This document shows, one piece after another, positions 43,592 through 52,949 of a stretch of DNA of 64,000 nt. The position numbers and the translations under genes were made by a program. The stretch is taken from the NCBI GenBank assembly GCA_041737385.1, contig JBGSRU010000002.1, positions 205,437 through 269,436 on the forward strand. Direction: 5' to 3'. This DNA is from Candidatus Saccharimonadales bacterium. GTDB lineage: Bacteria > Patescibacteriota > Saccharimonadia > Saccharimonadales > SZUA-47. The stretch's first letter is position 1, and each line of letters begins with the position of its first letter. Below the pieces are notes generated by a model that was not told the origin of the DNA, ran no database searches, and worked only from the letters and a program-made list of their open reading frames with translations.

Positions 43592-43749
43592 TATACTGTA
43601 TTAACAATGACAACATACATGCAAAACGACACCCTCATTCTCGTTAGCCTCAATGGGCTGTGCTCAAAGCATGGTTGTAAGTCTCGCGTTTAAATAACGC
43701 AATCACAGTCCAAACAAAAGTAGACTTCCAACCAAAAGGAAGTTTTTTT
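43592..43749 (+). promoter_or_regulatory. Short-ORF leader 4: 28-codon ORF plus antiterminator/terminator
   Basis: TATACT 43592-43597, 9 nt, ATG 43607. ORF 43607-43693 encodes MTTYMQNDTLILVSLNGLCSKHGCKSRV. Hairpin ACTTCC 43724-43729 / GGAAGT 43738-43743 is followed by a T-run. GTAAGTCT 43677-43684 pairs 7/8 with AGACTTCC 43722-43729. Confidence 0.45.
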
Positions 43750-43771
43750 AATTTGTAGAAAGGAAATAGAT

Positions 43772-44101
43772 ATGTTTGTTAATGCAGATATGCGGCCACT
43801 CACACCGAGTAATGAAGAGGTGGATGGTTGTACACAGGATTGGAGCAATAGATCAGGACACTCGTATAAAAGATTAGGTTTTGATGAAGGAGCTTCAGAA
43901 GCAGGTCATTCGTTTGATGGCTTAACTGATGAACAAAGAGAAATCCAGCTAATTGATTTCGAAAAAGACATGCGGAAGTGGAAAGAACAGAACGATCAGT
44001 GGGTATACGCACATAACGTCGTTCGACCAAAAAGAGAAGTAGTAGAGTTTTACAGAAAAATGGATATTGAATCAAAAAACATAACCAGAGGAGACGAATA
44101 A
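43772..44101 (+). CDS. Hypothetical protein (109 aa)
   Basis: ORF with an AAAGGAAA RBS just after leader 4. Confidence 0.5.
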   Translation: MFVNADMRPLTPSNEEVDGCTQDWSNRSGHSYKRLGFDEGASEAGHSFDGLTDEQREIQLIDFEKDMRKWKEQNDQWVYAHNVVRPKREVVEFYRKMDIESKNITRGDE

Positions 44102-44406
44102 TGAGTCCAGTAGAATTTACAGAAATCGGAGAGGCAATTGTCCCTACATCGAAACAAGATCAAGGAAGGATTATTACTAGCGTGATGCGTTCTGGGGGCC
44201 GTTATCGTCAATTCTTGCAGACACATGGCGTTGAATTAGCTACAGATGATTGGGTTGGATTACCTGGTGCAGAAGTGGCAGCAACTATTTTAGCTCAAGT
44301 AGTAGAAACTGTTGATTCAATTAACCCTATTGGAGCTCGTGAGACTACGCTACGAACTGAAGCAGTACATTCATTGGGGCGCTTAGGTGTTGGGATCGTA
44401 GAATAA
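44101..44406 (+). CDS. Hypothetical small acidic protein (101 aa)
   Basis: TAATG overlap with the upstream ORF. Confidence 0.5.
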   Translation: MSPVEFTEIGEAIVPTSKQDQGRIITSVMRSGGRYRQFLQTHGVELATDDWVGLPGAEVAATILAQVVETVDSINPIGARETTLRTEAVHSLGRLGVGIVE

Positions 44407-44433
44407 AGCTACTTACATGATTAAAAACACTTG

Positions 44434-44462
44434 TTGAGTCAACTATCTGCATATGTTATAAT
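44434..44462 (+). promoter_or_regulatory. Promoter of the rplJ-rplL operon
   Basis: TTGAGT 44434-44439, 17-nt spacer, TATAAT 44457-44462. Confidence 0.55.
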
Positions 44463-44790
44463 TGTTTTGTTACCGAAGACAGTGGCTGCCATAGAATAAG
44501 GCTTAATTGTGCCACCGAGGCGATATGATTAGCAATAATCATAATTGTATTCGAGCACTAGGATGCGTCTTCTGGATTAACCCAAGGAGACGTTTTTTAT
44601 TTCTCGGTAACAAATCACTAAAATAGGTCGATAGATTAGTGAAAAAACTAATGACAAAGGAAGGATGCTTTACTGCAGCTCTTGTAGCCAATAGGAAAAA
44701 GAGCAGCCGGAAGAGAAGATTCATTCGACTCTACCGCGCGCCTAAGAAAAAACCATAGGTTTTGTCTTGAGTAGCGAAGCGGAATATTAA
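44463..44790 (+). promoter_or_regulatory. Long rplJ 5' leader with internal terminator-like hairpin (candidate L10-type autoregulatory leader)
   Basis: About 320 nt lie between the promoter and the rplJ ATG. CGTCTTC 44566-44572 pairs with GGAGACG 44586-44592, followed by T6. Position is analogous to the L10 leaders of other bacteria. The family assignment was not verified. Confidence 0.4.
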
Positions 44791-45312
44791 ATGGCATTAA
44801 CCAAAGAAAAGAAGAACGAAATAGTCAAAGAGCTTACCGAACTACTAGGTTCAGCGAAAATGACTGTTGTCGTTAAATACGAAGGTACTACTGTAAAAGC
44901 GATGCAACAACTTCGAGCGAAAGCAGAAGAAAACGGCACTGTTGTTAAAGTAGTGAAGAACCGTTTGGTTCAAAAAGCTTTCGAAAGCACTGACACACAC
45001 AAAGACGTTGATACAAGCGCAATGCAGGGAATGCTTATGTATGCTTTCAACGCTGATGACGAAGTCGCACCTGCTCAGGTTATTTATGAAATAGCCAAAA
45101 GCGAGAAACAACTAGAGTTTATCGGTGCATTTGATGCAACCGGAAAATCTCTTGGTGCTGACGAAGTTAAAGCACTCGCACAACTTCCATCACGTGAAGT
45201 AATGATTGCGACTGTAATAAACACGCTTAAATCACCTGTAAATGGTGTGATGAGTGGATTAAAAGGAAACTTACACGGCTTGCTTGATGCAGTCGCTGCA
45301 AGCAAAGCGTAG
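44791..45312 (+). CDS. rplJ: 50S ribosomal protein L10
   Basis: 173 aa with a typical L10 N-terminus (K...V.EL...L......V...Y.G.TV..M..LR), upstream of rplL. Confidence 0.95.
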   Translation: MALTKEKKNEIVKELTELLGSAKMTVVVKYEGTTVKAMQQLRAKAEENGTVVKVVKNRLVQKAFESTDTHKDVDTSAMQGMLMYAFNADDEVAPAQVIYEIAKSEKQLEFIGAFDATGKSLGADEVKALAQLPSREVMIATVINTLKSPVNGVMSGLKGNLHGLLDAVAASKA

Positions 45313-45390
45313 GCTTTGTATAACTGATATCTAATAGTTGATAGCTAAAATAGCTCACTCAAATATAATTAACGAAGGAAATTTAATATT

Positions 45391-45771
45391 ATGGCAACAG
45401 ATTTGAAAAAATTTGCAGAACAACTAGTCGGTTTAACCGTTCTAGAAGTAAACGAACTACAGACAATACTAAAAGATGAATATAACATCGAACCAGCTGC
45501 TGCTGCAGTTGCAGTTGCAGGTCCTGCTGCTGATGGCGGTGCTGATGCAGAAGACGCAAAGAGCGAATACGACGTTATTCTTAAAGACGCTGGTGCTCAA
45601 AAAGTAGCAGTTATCAAAGCTGTTAAAGACATCACAGGCCTCGGTCTTGGTGAAGCAAAAGCTATCGTTGATGGTGCTCCTAAACCAGTACTAGAAAAAG
45701 CTCCTAAAGAAGATGCTGAAAAAGCTAAAACAGCTCTAGAAGCTGCTGGCGCAACAGTAGAACTAGCGTAA
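45391..45771 (+). CDS. rplL: 50S ribosomal protein L7/L12
   Basis: 126 aa. Ala-rich hinge and C-terminal KI.VIK.V...TGLGL.EAK..V. Confidence 0.95.
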   Translation: MATDLKKFAEQLVGLTVLEVNELQTILKDEYNIEPAAAAVAVAGPAADGGADAEDAKSEYDVILKDAGAQKVAVIKAVKDITGLGLGEAKAIVDGAPKPVLEKAPKEDAEKAKTALEAAGATVELA

Positions 45772-45811
45772 CAATAAGATTTTTAGAATTTAGATTCTAG
45801 ATTTTAGATAA

Positions 45812-45847
45812 AAAACCGCTTAGATTAAAATCGAAGCGGTTTTTTGT
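45812..45847 (+). terminator. Intrinsic terminator after rplL
   Basis: AACCGCTT...AAGCGGTT hairpin followed by TTTTT. Confidence 0.7.
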
Positions 45848-45891
45848 GCATCAGTAATTCAATTTACGACGAACATGTTACACTTTAGTTC

Positions 45892-47163
45892 ATGGATAAT
45901 GGTAAATTAATAGAACTCAATAATGGACTAAGAGTTTTATGTTTTCATAAAGAAAATTTTAAAACATCATCTGTTAGAATAGAAGTATTTGCAGGATCAT
46001 TGCATGAAATAGTTCCAGCTTCCGCTCATTTTTTCGAACATATTTGTTTTCAAGGAACCAAAAAATTCCCCTCACAAAAAGCACTTAATTCATTTGCAGA
46101 CATAAATGCTGTTTATAAAAATGCTTACACTAACCAAACGGAAACGGTCTTTTCTACCGATGGCCCAGAACTAGAGTCAGTACTTGAGTTGGCAACACAG
46201 ATAGCATTCTATCCTCTGTTAACCGAAGAATGCCTAGAGAAGGAAAGAGCTGCTGTTATAGACGAGGCAAGATCTGTACAATATTCTCCAGGTATTACGG
46301 CAAATCAGAAACAGTGGACGGCTTTAGGTGGTGAGAAGTTTGCTAGGTTAGTCACTGGAACCATAGAGCAAATTGAAAATGTGACGCATAAAGACCTTAC
46401 AGCGTTCCATCAAGCACAATATCGCCCAGGAAATACGTTGATTGTCGTCTGTTCAAATGAATCTACTGAAAAGCAATTAGAGCGAGTGAAACACTACACT
46501 AAAAGTGTTAAAAGGTTAGCTAACAGCAAGCCAACAGAAGTTAATCTGAATTGGTTAGAACACAAAACTGTTTTATCGCTTCAAAAAAATGAACTTGATA
46601 TACAATCTCAAACGTACATAAAGCTTTGTTATAAGCTGAGTGAACCGATAGACTATAGAACCTATTTGCTTGAAGTTACTGCAACGAATGTAATGCGCGC
46701 TAAGGCTCACGAACATATACGACAGAATTTAGTTTTGGCGTATGATGCTGGCTGTAATGTTAGTTATTTGAATAATAGGAACTTTGGATCGAATGAAAAT
46801 TATCAATCTTTAACTCTTTTTTCTAGTGTAGCAGGCGAACTTGCAAATAAGTGTATCGAAGAACTTAAAAAAATACCTACACTTGCCTACGATGACACTG
46901 TATTAATACAAAATAAAATCAATAATATACGCTACAGTGGGGCGCTAGATGTTGAAGCTAACACAATAGATTCTGCAAATACTATAGTCAACTCTGTCCA
47001 AACCGAATATGAAGGAGTTTTTATTCCTTCAAAATTCGTCGATATAGTGCAATCTTTTTCTGTAGAAGACATCAAACAAGAGATTAAAAAAATTACTCAA
47101 AATATAAAGTTAATCCAGGTGACAAGTCCATCTAATGATGTTTTAAAAACTATTAAAGCATAG
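45892..47163 (+). CDS. M16-family (pitrilysin-like) zinc peptidase
   Basis: 423 aa. Inverted zinc motif HFFEH (HxxEH) near the N-terminus. Confidence 0.8.
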   Translation: MDNGKLIELNNGLRVLCFHKENFKTSSVRIEVFAGSLHEIVPASAHFFEHICFQGTKKFPSQKALNSFADINAVYKNAYTNQTETVFSTDGPELESVLELATQIAFYPLLTEECLEKERAAVIDEARSVQYSPGITANQKQWTALGGEKFARLVTGTIEQIENVTHKDLTAFHQAQYRPGNTLIVVCSNESTEKQLERVKHYTKSVKRLANSKPTEVNLNWLEHKTVLSLQKNELDIQSQTYIKLCYKLSEPIDYRTYLLEVTATNVMRAKAHEHIRQNLVLAYDAGCNVSYLNNRNFGSNENYQSLTLFSSVAGELANKCIEELKKIPTLAYDDTVLIQNKINNIRYSGALDVEANTIDSANTIVNSVQTEYEGVFIPSKFVDIVQSFSVEDIKQEIKKITQNIKLIQVTSPSNDVLKTIKA

Positions 47164-47279
47164 TTATCCACAGAAATAACTTATTTAACATTTTGACTTG
47201 TTCTTGAGTTCGTGATAGTTTGAAGTAGAGTTAATATATTTAAAAAAAGAGACAAAGAGAAAAGTGAGGGCAGTGCGAG

Positions 47280-47792
47280 ATGCCAGACCTACCAGACAAA
47301 CAAGCAAAACGCTTAAAAGCATTAATAGAAGAAGCAGAGACATCACTAGCAGCGGCAAAAGAGTTGTTGATTAGTTTAATTGGTGACGATCCTATAGCGA
47401 CAAAGATAAATACTGAAGAAAACATCGGTAAAATCGTTGAAGGTGTATTCGATGGCCAAAACATGGTTGGCGGCGACGGTAAAATGTACCCAGTACCAGC
47501 AAACTATGCAAGTAAATCCAAACTAGTTCAGGGTGACATCCTTAAACTGAGCATTTCTGAAGATGGATCGTTCATGTATAAGCAAATTGGTCCTATTCCA
47601 CGTAAACAACTTGTTGGCGGACTTGAACAAAAAGAAGGTCACTATTTCGTCAACGTCGGCAAGAAAGAGTACCGTGTACTATTAGCTAGCGTCACTTACT
47701 TCAAAGCAAAACCTGGCGATCAGGTGAGTATTAACGTACCAGAAGACGAGACGGTTGATGTTGAGTGGGCAGCTCTAGAGGCCGCTCTTTAA
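47280..47792 (+). CDS. Hypothetical protein (170 aa)
   Basis: ORF only. N-terminal coiled-coil-like helix and a beta-rich C-terminus. Confidence 0.6.
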   Translation: MPDLPDKQAKRLKALIEEAETSLAAAKELLISLIGDDPIATKINTEENIGKIVEGVFDGQNMVGGDGKMYPVPANYASKSKLVQGDILKLSISEDGSFMYKQIGPIPRKQLVGGLEQKEGHYFVNVGKKEYRVLLASVTYFKAKPGDQVSINVPEDETVDVEWAALEAAL

Positions 47793-47807
47793 AAACTGGA
47801 GTTTTAA

Positions 47808-48392
47808 GTGGCTAAATTGTTTTTTAGATATGGAGCAATGAATAGCGGCAAGAGTACCGCTATATTACAAGTTGCTCATAATTATGAAGAGCGCGGAATG
47901 AACGTTATGCTCGTTAAACCCAAAGTTGATAGTAAAGGTGATGATAAAGTCATTGCAAGAATTGGCATTGATCGTCAAGTCGATATTCTTGCTGAAGAAT
48001 CATTGAATATGAGAGAAGCTGTTTTAAATTGGAAAGATAAAGTCAACTGTGTTTTGGTTGATGAGGCTCAATTCCTAACACAGCGACAAGTTGATGAGTT
48101 ATTTGAACTAACTGTTAAAGACAACATACCAGTAATCTGCTACGGGCTTCGAACAGATTTCCAAACTAAACTATTCCCTGCAAGCGAAAGATTGTTTGCA
48201 TTAGCACATAGTCTAGAAGAGCTAAAAACTATCTGTCGTTGCGGTAAAAAAGCTATGATGAATGCAAGAAAAGTGAACGATAAGTTTGTTTTTGAAGGTG
48301 ATCAAGTAGCTATCGATGGCTCCCAAGAAGTAACCTATGAATCTCTATGCGGAAGTTGCTACTATAAGGAACAAACCAGCTCTATAGAATAG
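47808..48392 (+). CDS. tdk: Thymidine kinase (GTG start)
   Basis: GAMNSGKST P-loop, VDEAQF, and C-terminal zinc-ribbon cysteines (C.CG...C..C). Confidence 0.9.
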   Translation: MAKLFFRYGAMNSGKSTAILQVAHNYEERGMNVMLVKPKVDSKGDDKVIARIGIDRQVDILAEESLNMREAVLNWKDKVNCVLVDEAQFLTQRQVDELFELTVKDNIPVICYGLRTDFQTKLFPASERLFALAHSLEELKTICRCGKKAMMNARKVNDKFVFEGDQVAIDGSQEVTYESLCGSCYYKEQTSSIE

Positions 48393-48455
48393 TTGTCCAC
48401 TAATTTTTGTTGTAGATTAGAAGTTTCAAATACGATGACTATACTGCATAATTGT

Positions 48456-49985
48456 ATGTCCATGGGGAAAGCACTATATAGGTCACATAGACCGCGGAAT
48501 TTTGATGGGGTTATCGGACAAGAACATATTACCGATACGCTCAAAAACGCAGTCAAAAAGGGTGCAATTAGTCACGCTTATCTGTTCACTGGTCCGCGAG
48601 GTACAGGTAAGACATCAATCGCCAGAATACTTGCGCACGTTATAAACGGTATAGATTATGACGATGAATCAATGCACCTAGATATTATTGAGATCGATGC
48701 GGCGAGTAACAGGCGAATCGATGAAATCCGTGAGTTACGCGATAAAGTACATATCGCACCAACTAGTTCAAAGTATAAAGTCTACATAATCGACGAAGTG
48801 CATATGTTGACTCGCGAAGCGTTTAACGCCTTATTGAAGACGCTAGAAGAGCCACCAGAGCATGCAGTCTTTATCTTGGCAACCACAGAAGCTCATAAAG
48901 TTCCCGAGACTATCGTCAGCCGCACTCAAAAGTTCACGTTCAAGCCAATCGATCAGTCAAAAGTAATTGAACATCTCAGAAGTATTACTAAAAAAGAAAA
49001 AATTGTTATCACAGATGAGGCGCTGCGGCTGCTTGCAGAGCATGGGCAGGGAAGTTTCCGTGACAGTATAAGCATGCTCGACCAGCTAGCCGGCTTTGAA
49101 AAAGATACATTAGAGCTAGCTGATGTCCAAATGCTCCTTGGCATCCCTGATAAGGCCCTAATTGAACAGACAATGACAAGCTTACTGGCAAACGATACAA
49201 AGGGCTTGTTTGACTCTATCCAAGAGCTGAAAGTGCAAGGAGTGGATTCAGGACGAGCCGCCATGAGCATAAGTAGCTATTTACGCTCTGAAATCATGAG
49301 TGGCTCTCAGTCGTTACCCTATGCAGATTCAGTACGATTGCTCAAAAACCTCTTGCCGCTGACTCTAAGTTCTAGTGATTTTCTAGGATTAGAACTGGCT
49401 TTGCTCGAACAGATGAAACCAGCAGAGACGCTTGGAGCTGTTAAACCTATAGGAAAAAAAGAAAAAGAAACGACGAAAACTGTGCAATTAGCAGCAAAAT
49501 CAAATGACGAGATAGTTGCACCCAAAAAAGAAGTAAAACCACCTGAACCTAAGCCAGAAGAAGTCAAATATACAGCCTTACCGCTAGAGAATATAGAATC
49601 GACATATTCCCACGAAACAGAAGAAGCTATAACAGTAGAGAAAAATTCCCTCAACAAGGAAGTATGGGAAGAACTGCTTAATGATATAAAAAAGAAACAC
49701 AATACTCTCTACGGTGTACTGCGCATGGCAGAACCTATCTATGACGGAAGCTTAACTCTACGTTTTCAGTTCGGGTTTCATAAAAAACAAATAGATATAC
49801 CACAAAATACAGCTACTTTGCGAAAATATATAGAACTGTATTTTAATACGTCGAATTTTACCGTTGTCGTGTCAAAAGATTCAAAAACTCCTGTCGCTCC
49901 TATAACTATCGCTGAGAAATCTGATGAAGAAAATGCTGTTACAAGCGTGAGCAATATATTTGGTGGCGCGGAACTGCTAGAGTAG
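48456..49985 (+). CDS. dnaX: DNA polymerase III gamma/tau subunit
   Basis: YR..RP..F..V.GQEH, GPRGTGKTS, the IIDEVHMLT box and SRTQ. Start placed at ATG 48456. Confidence 0.9.
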   Translation: MSMGKALYRSHRPRNFDGVIGQEHITDTLKNAVKKGAISHAYLFTGPRGTGKTSIARILAHVINGIDYDDESMHLDIIEIDAASNRRIDEIRELRDKVHIAPTSSKYKVYIIDEVHMLTREAFNALLKTLEEPPEHAVFILATTEAHKVPETIVSRTQKFTFKPIDQSKVIEHLRSITKKEKIVITDEALRLLAEHGQGSFRDSISMLDQLAGFEKDTLELADVQMLLGIPDKALIEQTMTSLLANDTKGLFDSIQELKVQGVDSGRAAMSISSYLRSEIMSGSQSLPYADSVRLLKNLLPLTLSSSDFLGLELALLEQMKPAETLGAVKPIGKKEKETTKTVQLAAKSNDEIVAPKKEVKPPEPKPEEVKYTALPLENIESTYSHETEEAITVEKNSLNKEVWEELLNDIKKKHNTLYGVLRMAEPIYDGSLTLRFQFGFHKKQIDIPQNTATLRKYIELYFNTSNFTVVVSKDSKTPVAPITIAEKSDEENAVTSVSNIFGGAELLE

Positions 49986-49989
49986 TAGT

Positions 49990-51348
49990 ATGGCTCAAGA
50001 ATTAAAGGAACAACCACAATCCGTCGATGTCGAAGCGAGCTTGCTCGGATCTATACTAATTGATCCTGATGCTATTGTAAAAGTTGCAGATACAGTCAGA
50101 CCAATTGATTTTTATGACAATAGACACCGATTAATATACGAAGCATGTACGAGACTTTACGAAGAAGGTTCTCCAATTGATGTCATTACTCTTAGCGACA
50201 ATCTAAAATCAGAAGGACAACTTAAAGAAGTAGGAGGTCCATCATATCTAACAGAACTTACCAATACTGTTCCGACCGCGACACATGCTGAACAGTACGC
50301 TGCAATTGTGTCTACGAAATCAATTCGAAGAAGACTCATTGCTGCAAGTAACGAAATTGCTCAGATTGGTTTTGACGAAAAACGAAGTATTGCTGAATTA
50401 GTTGAACAGGCTGAGACAAAGCTATTTGAAGTATCTCAGCGTCATGTTAAAAACGATATTGTCAGCATGGAGACAATACTAAGCGATAGCTTTGAACGAC
50501 TAGATGGACTGCATAAAGACAAAGGGGCGATGCGTGGTATCCCGACTGGGTATAAAGATATGGATAATTTGCTCGCTGGGTTTCAGAGAAGTGATTTGTT
50601 GATTCTTGCTGCTAGACCTTCGATGGGGAAAACTGCACTAGCGCTTAACCTTGCTCAAAACGTGGCTGTTGATTCAGGTGCCTCTGTGCTAATGTTCTCT
50701 CTCGAGATGAGTAAAGAGCAGCTTGTTGACCGTCTACTCGCTTCTGAAGCTGGTGTAAACTCTTGGAACCTACGAACAGGCAATCTCTCTGATCAAGATT
50801 TTGAAAAAATTGGACATGCAATGGGAGTCTTAAGTGAAGCTAAGTTGTTTATCGACGATACTCCTAGTATTACCGTTAGCGAACTACGGACGAAAGCCAG
50901 AAGAGAAGCCCATAAAAGCGAGCTTGGGTTAATCGTCGTTGACTATTTGCAACTCATGAGTGGCGGTGCTAAATTTGGTGGCAGTGATAACCGTGTACAG
51001 GAAATATCTGAGATATCCCGCGGGCTTAAAGGCATTGCGAGAGAACTTAACGTACCAGTACTAGCATTAAGTCAGTTAAGTCGATCAGTTGAATCTAGAA
51101 GCCCGCAGATACCACAACTTGCTGATTTGCGTGAATCTGGCTCTATTGAGCAAGACGCAGATGTTGTTGCGTTTATATATCGTGAAGACTATTACAATCC
51201 TGAAAGCGAACGACCGAACATCATGGACGTTTTGATTAAAAAACATAGAAATGGCCCAACCGGTAAGGTTGAGCTCTATTTTGACCGAGAACGACAGAAA
51301 ATTAAAAGCCTTGATACAAAACATTCTGCACCGAAATTCGATTCTTAA
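49990..51348 (+). CDS. dnaB: Replicative DNA helicase DnaB
   Basis: 452 aa. EASLLGSIL N-terminus, Walker A ARPSMGKTA, and DYLQLM. Confidence 0.95.
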   Translation: MAQELKEQPQSVDVEASLLGSILIDPDAIVKVADTVRPIDFYDNRHRLIYEACTRLYEEGSPIDVITLSDNLKSEGQLKEVGGPSYLTELTNTVPTATHAEQYAAIVSTKSIRRRLIAASNEIAQIGFDEKRSIAELVEQAETKLFEVSQRHVKNDIVSMETILSDSFERLDGLHKDKGAMRGIPTGYKDMDNLLAGFQRSDLLILAARPSMGKTALALNLAQNVAVDSGASVLMFSLEMSKEQLVDRLLASEAGVNSWNLRTGNLSDQDFEKIGHAMGVLSEAKLFIDDTPSITVSELRTKARREAHKSELGLIVVDYLQLMSGGAKFGGSDNRVQEISEISRGLKGIARELNVPVLALSQLSRSVESRSPQIPQLADLRESGSIEQDADVVAFIYREDYYNPESERPNIMDVLIKKHRNGPTGKVELYFDRERQKIKSLDTKHSAPKFDS

Positions 51349-51384
51349 CCACACTAAACAAAAATTTTGTTATAATAACCATAA

Positions 51385-52590
51385 GTGAAAAATCAAGCAA
51401 TTTCAGTCCTGAGTGCGTTAGGAAGATTACGGAGTCGTCACACACTAGTAGTCGTAGCCGTTGCTCTTTTTTCTATTGCCGTACTTACAGTTTTTACAAA
51501 TATACCTGACAGTGCTGCATCTGAGGAGCGGGCAACAATTGCGTCAGCTCAAAGCTTTTCACAAATAATCAATAATCCAGTAAATGCTCCTTATAAAATT
51601 GGAGTATATATAGCTACGTCTATCAGCCCGTCAGTACGCGCTGCTCGTGCAATAAGTTTCATTTTCTATGTTGCAGCTTGCATCGCTATGTTCTATGCGC
51701 TTAAACATTGGCATACACTTCAAACATCCCTACTTACAACCGCTGCATTCGCAACTAATTCTATCGTTCTTGGTGTGAGCAGGCTAGGAACACCACTCAT
51801 AACTGCGATGAGTTTATTCATTTTTTCAGGACTTTTGCTGTGGCAGCTACACAGTAAATCGAACAAGTTTGTACCGTATATCGTATTGGTAGCACTTGGT
51901 TGTCTCATATATACTCCAGGAGTTCTATGGTTTATGGTAATTATTGGAGCTGTTTATTGGAATCGATTTAAAAAGTTATTTATAAATGTCAAGAAACAAA
52001 TAGTGATGCTCGGTGCTATTACTACACTGCTAATAGTAACTCCACTTATCCTTAGTTTTATAAGTAGTCCTTCGGTTCTAAAAGAGTGGTTACTGTTACC
52101 TGAAACGTTTGTGTGGTCAGAGGTAGCGCAATCTATACTGCAGGTACCGTCAGCATTTATCTATCGTATGCCTGGAGCACCACTCATAAACACTGCGAGG
52201 CTGCCTGTGTTTGATGTCGCAAGTGGGCTATTGTTTTTAATCGGACTTAATGCTTATCGCAGAAAATTAAAATTAGACAGAACAAGAATAATGCTTGGTA
52301 GCGTCTTAATGGGAACAATAGTCGGTGCACTTGGGCAAACTGTAATCGCGGTTATACTAATAGCACCATTTGCTTATAGTGTCATTGCTGCTGGTATAGA
52401 GTTCATGCTTGATGAATGGCACGGAGTATTTCCCAAGAACCCTTTTGCTTGTAGTTTTGGAGTTGTTTTTATAAGTACCGTAGTTTTGTTTAGTATGTAC
52501 TACCAGATTACTCGTTTCTTTGTTGTGTGGCCTCAAGCTGCTGATACGAGGGCTACGTATAATCAAAGCCGAATTATCCAAGATCAGTGA
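51385..52590 (+). CDS. Polytopic membrane protein (401 aa, GTG start), function unknown
   Basis: At least 9 hydrophobic segments. Topology resembles GT-C/ArnT-like transferases, but no motif was verified. Confidence 0.6.
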   Translation: MKNQAISVLSALGRLRSRHTLVVVAVALFSIAVLTVFTNIPDSAASEERATIASAQSFSQIINNPVNAPYKIGVYIATSISPSVRAARAISFIFYVAACIAMFYALKHWHTLQTSLLTTAAFATNSIVLGVSRLGTPLITAMSLFIFSGLLLWQLHSKSNKFVPYIVLVALGCLIYTPGVLWFMVIIGAVYWNRFKKLFINVKKQIVMLGAITTLLIVTPLILSFISSPSVLKEWLLLPETFVWSEVAQSILQVPSAFIYRMPGAPLINTARLPVFDVASGLLFLIGLNAYRRKLKLDRTRIMLGSVLMGTIVGALGQTVIAVILIAPFAYSVIAAGIEFMLDEWHGVFPKNPFACSFGVVFISTVVLFSMYYQITRFFVVWPQAADTRATYNQSRIIQDQ

Positions 52591-52629
52591 GTAACTGATA
52601 CAATAGAGCTAGAAAAAGGAGAGTGATAT

Positions 52630-52923
52630 ATGAGTAAGTTCGATCAGGCAAAAATGGTAATGAAAATGAGAAAAGTTCAAAAAGAACTTCAAAAAGAAAT
52701 TATTGAAGTTGAGGCTGGCGAAGGTGCTGTTCGCGTTGAGATTAACGGTGAAATGAAAATTAAAAATATTCATATTGATCCTGAAACAGTCGATCTTGAC
52801 GATATTGGACAGCTCGAAAATTGGGTTGAAGAGGCCGTGAAAGCTGCGATAGCACAAAGTCAAAAACTAGCTGCAGAAAAGATGCAACCGATGATGGGTG
52901 CGCTAGGCAATCTTGGCCTGTAA
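52630..52923 (+). CDS. ybaB: YbaB/EbfC nucleoid-associated protein
   Basis: 97 aa. M.KM.K.Q.EL......E...G.G.V.V..NG is typical, and the gene is paired with recR. Confidence 0.9.
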   Translation: MSKFDQAKMVMKMRKVQKELQKEIIEVEAGEGAVRVEINGEMKIKNIHIDPETVDLDDIGQLENWVEEAVKAAIAQSQKLAAEKMQPMMGALGNLGL

Positions 52924-52949
52924 CCAAAAAGGTTAACGAAGGAAATATA

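Noticed and set aside
45781-45811. Four tandem heptamers TAGAATT-TAGATTC-TAGATTT-TAGATAA after rplL
   Set aside because: This is a short, degenerate, AT-rich repeat immediately before the rplL terminator, with no evident function. It is noted only.
47164-47172. Perfect DnaA box TTATCCACA (possible oriC)
   Set aside because: It is a single box. I found no cluster of boxes, no AT-rich unwinding element pattern and no dnaA/dnaN nearby.
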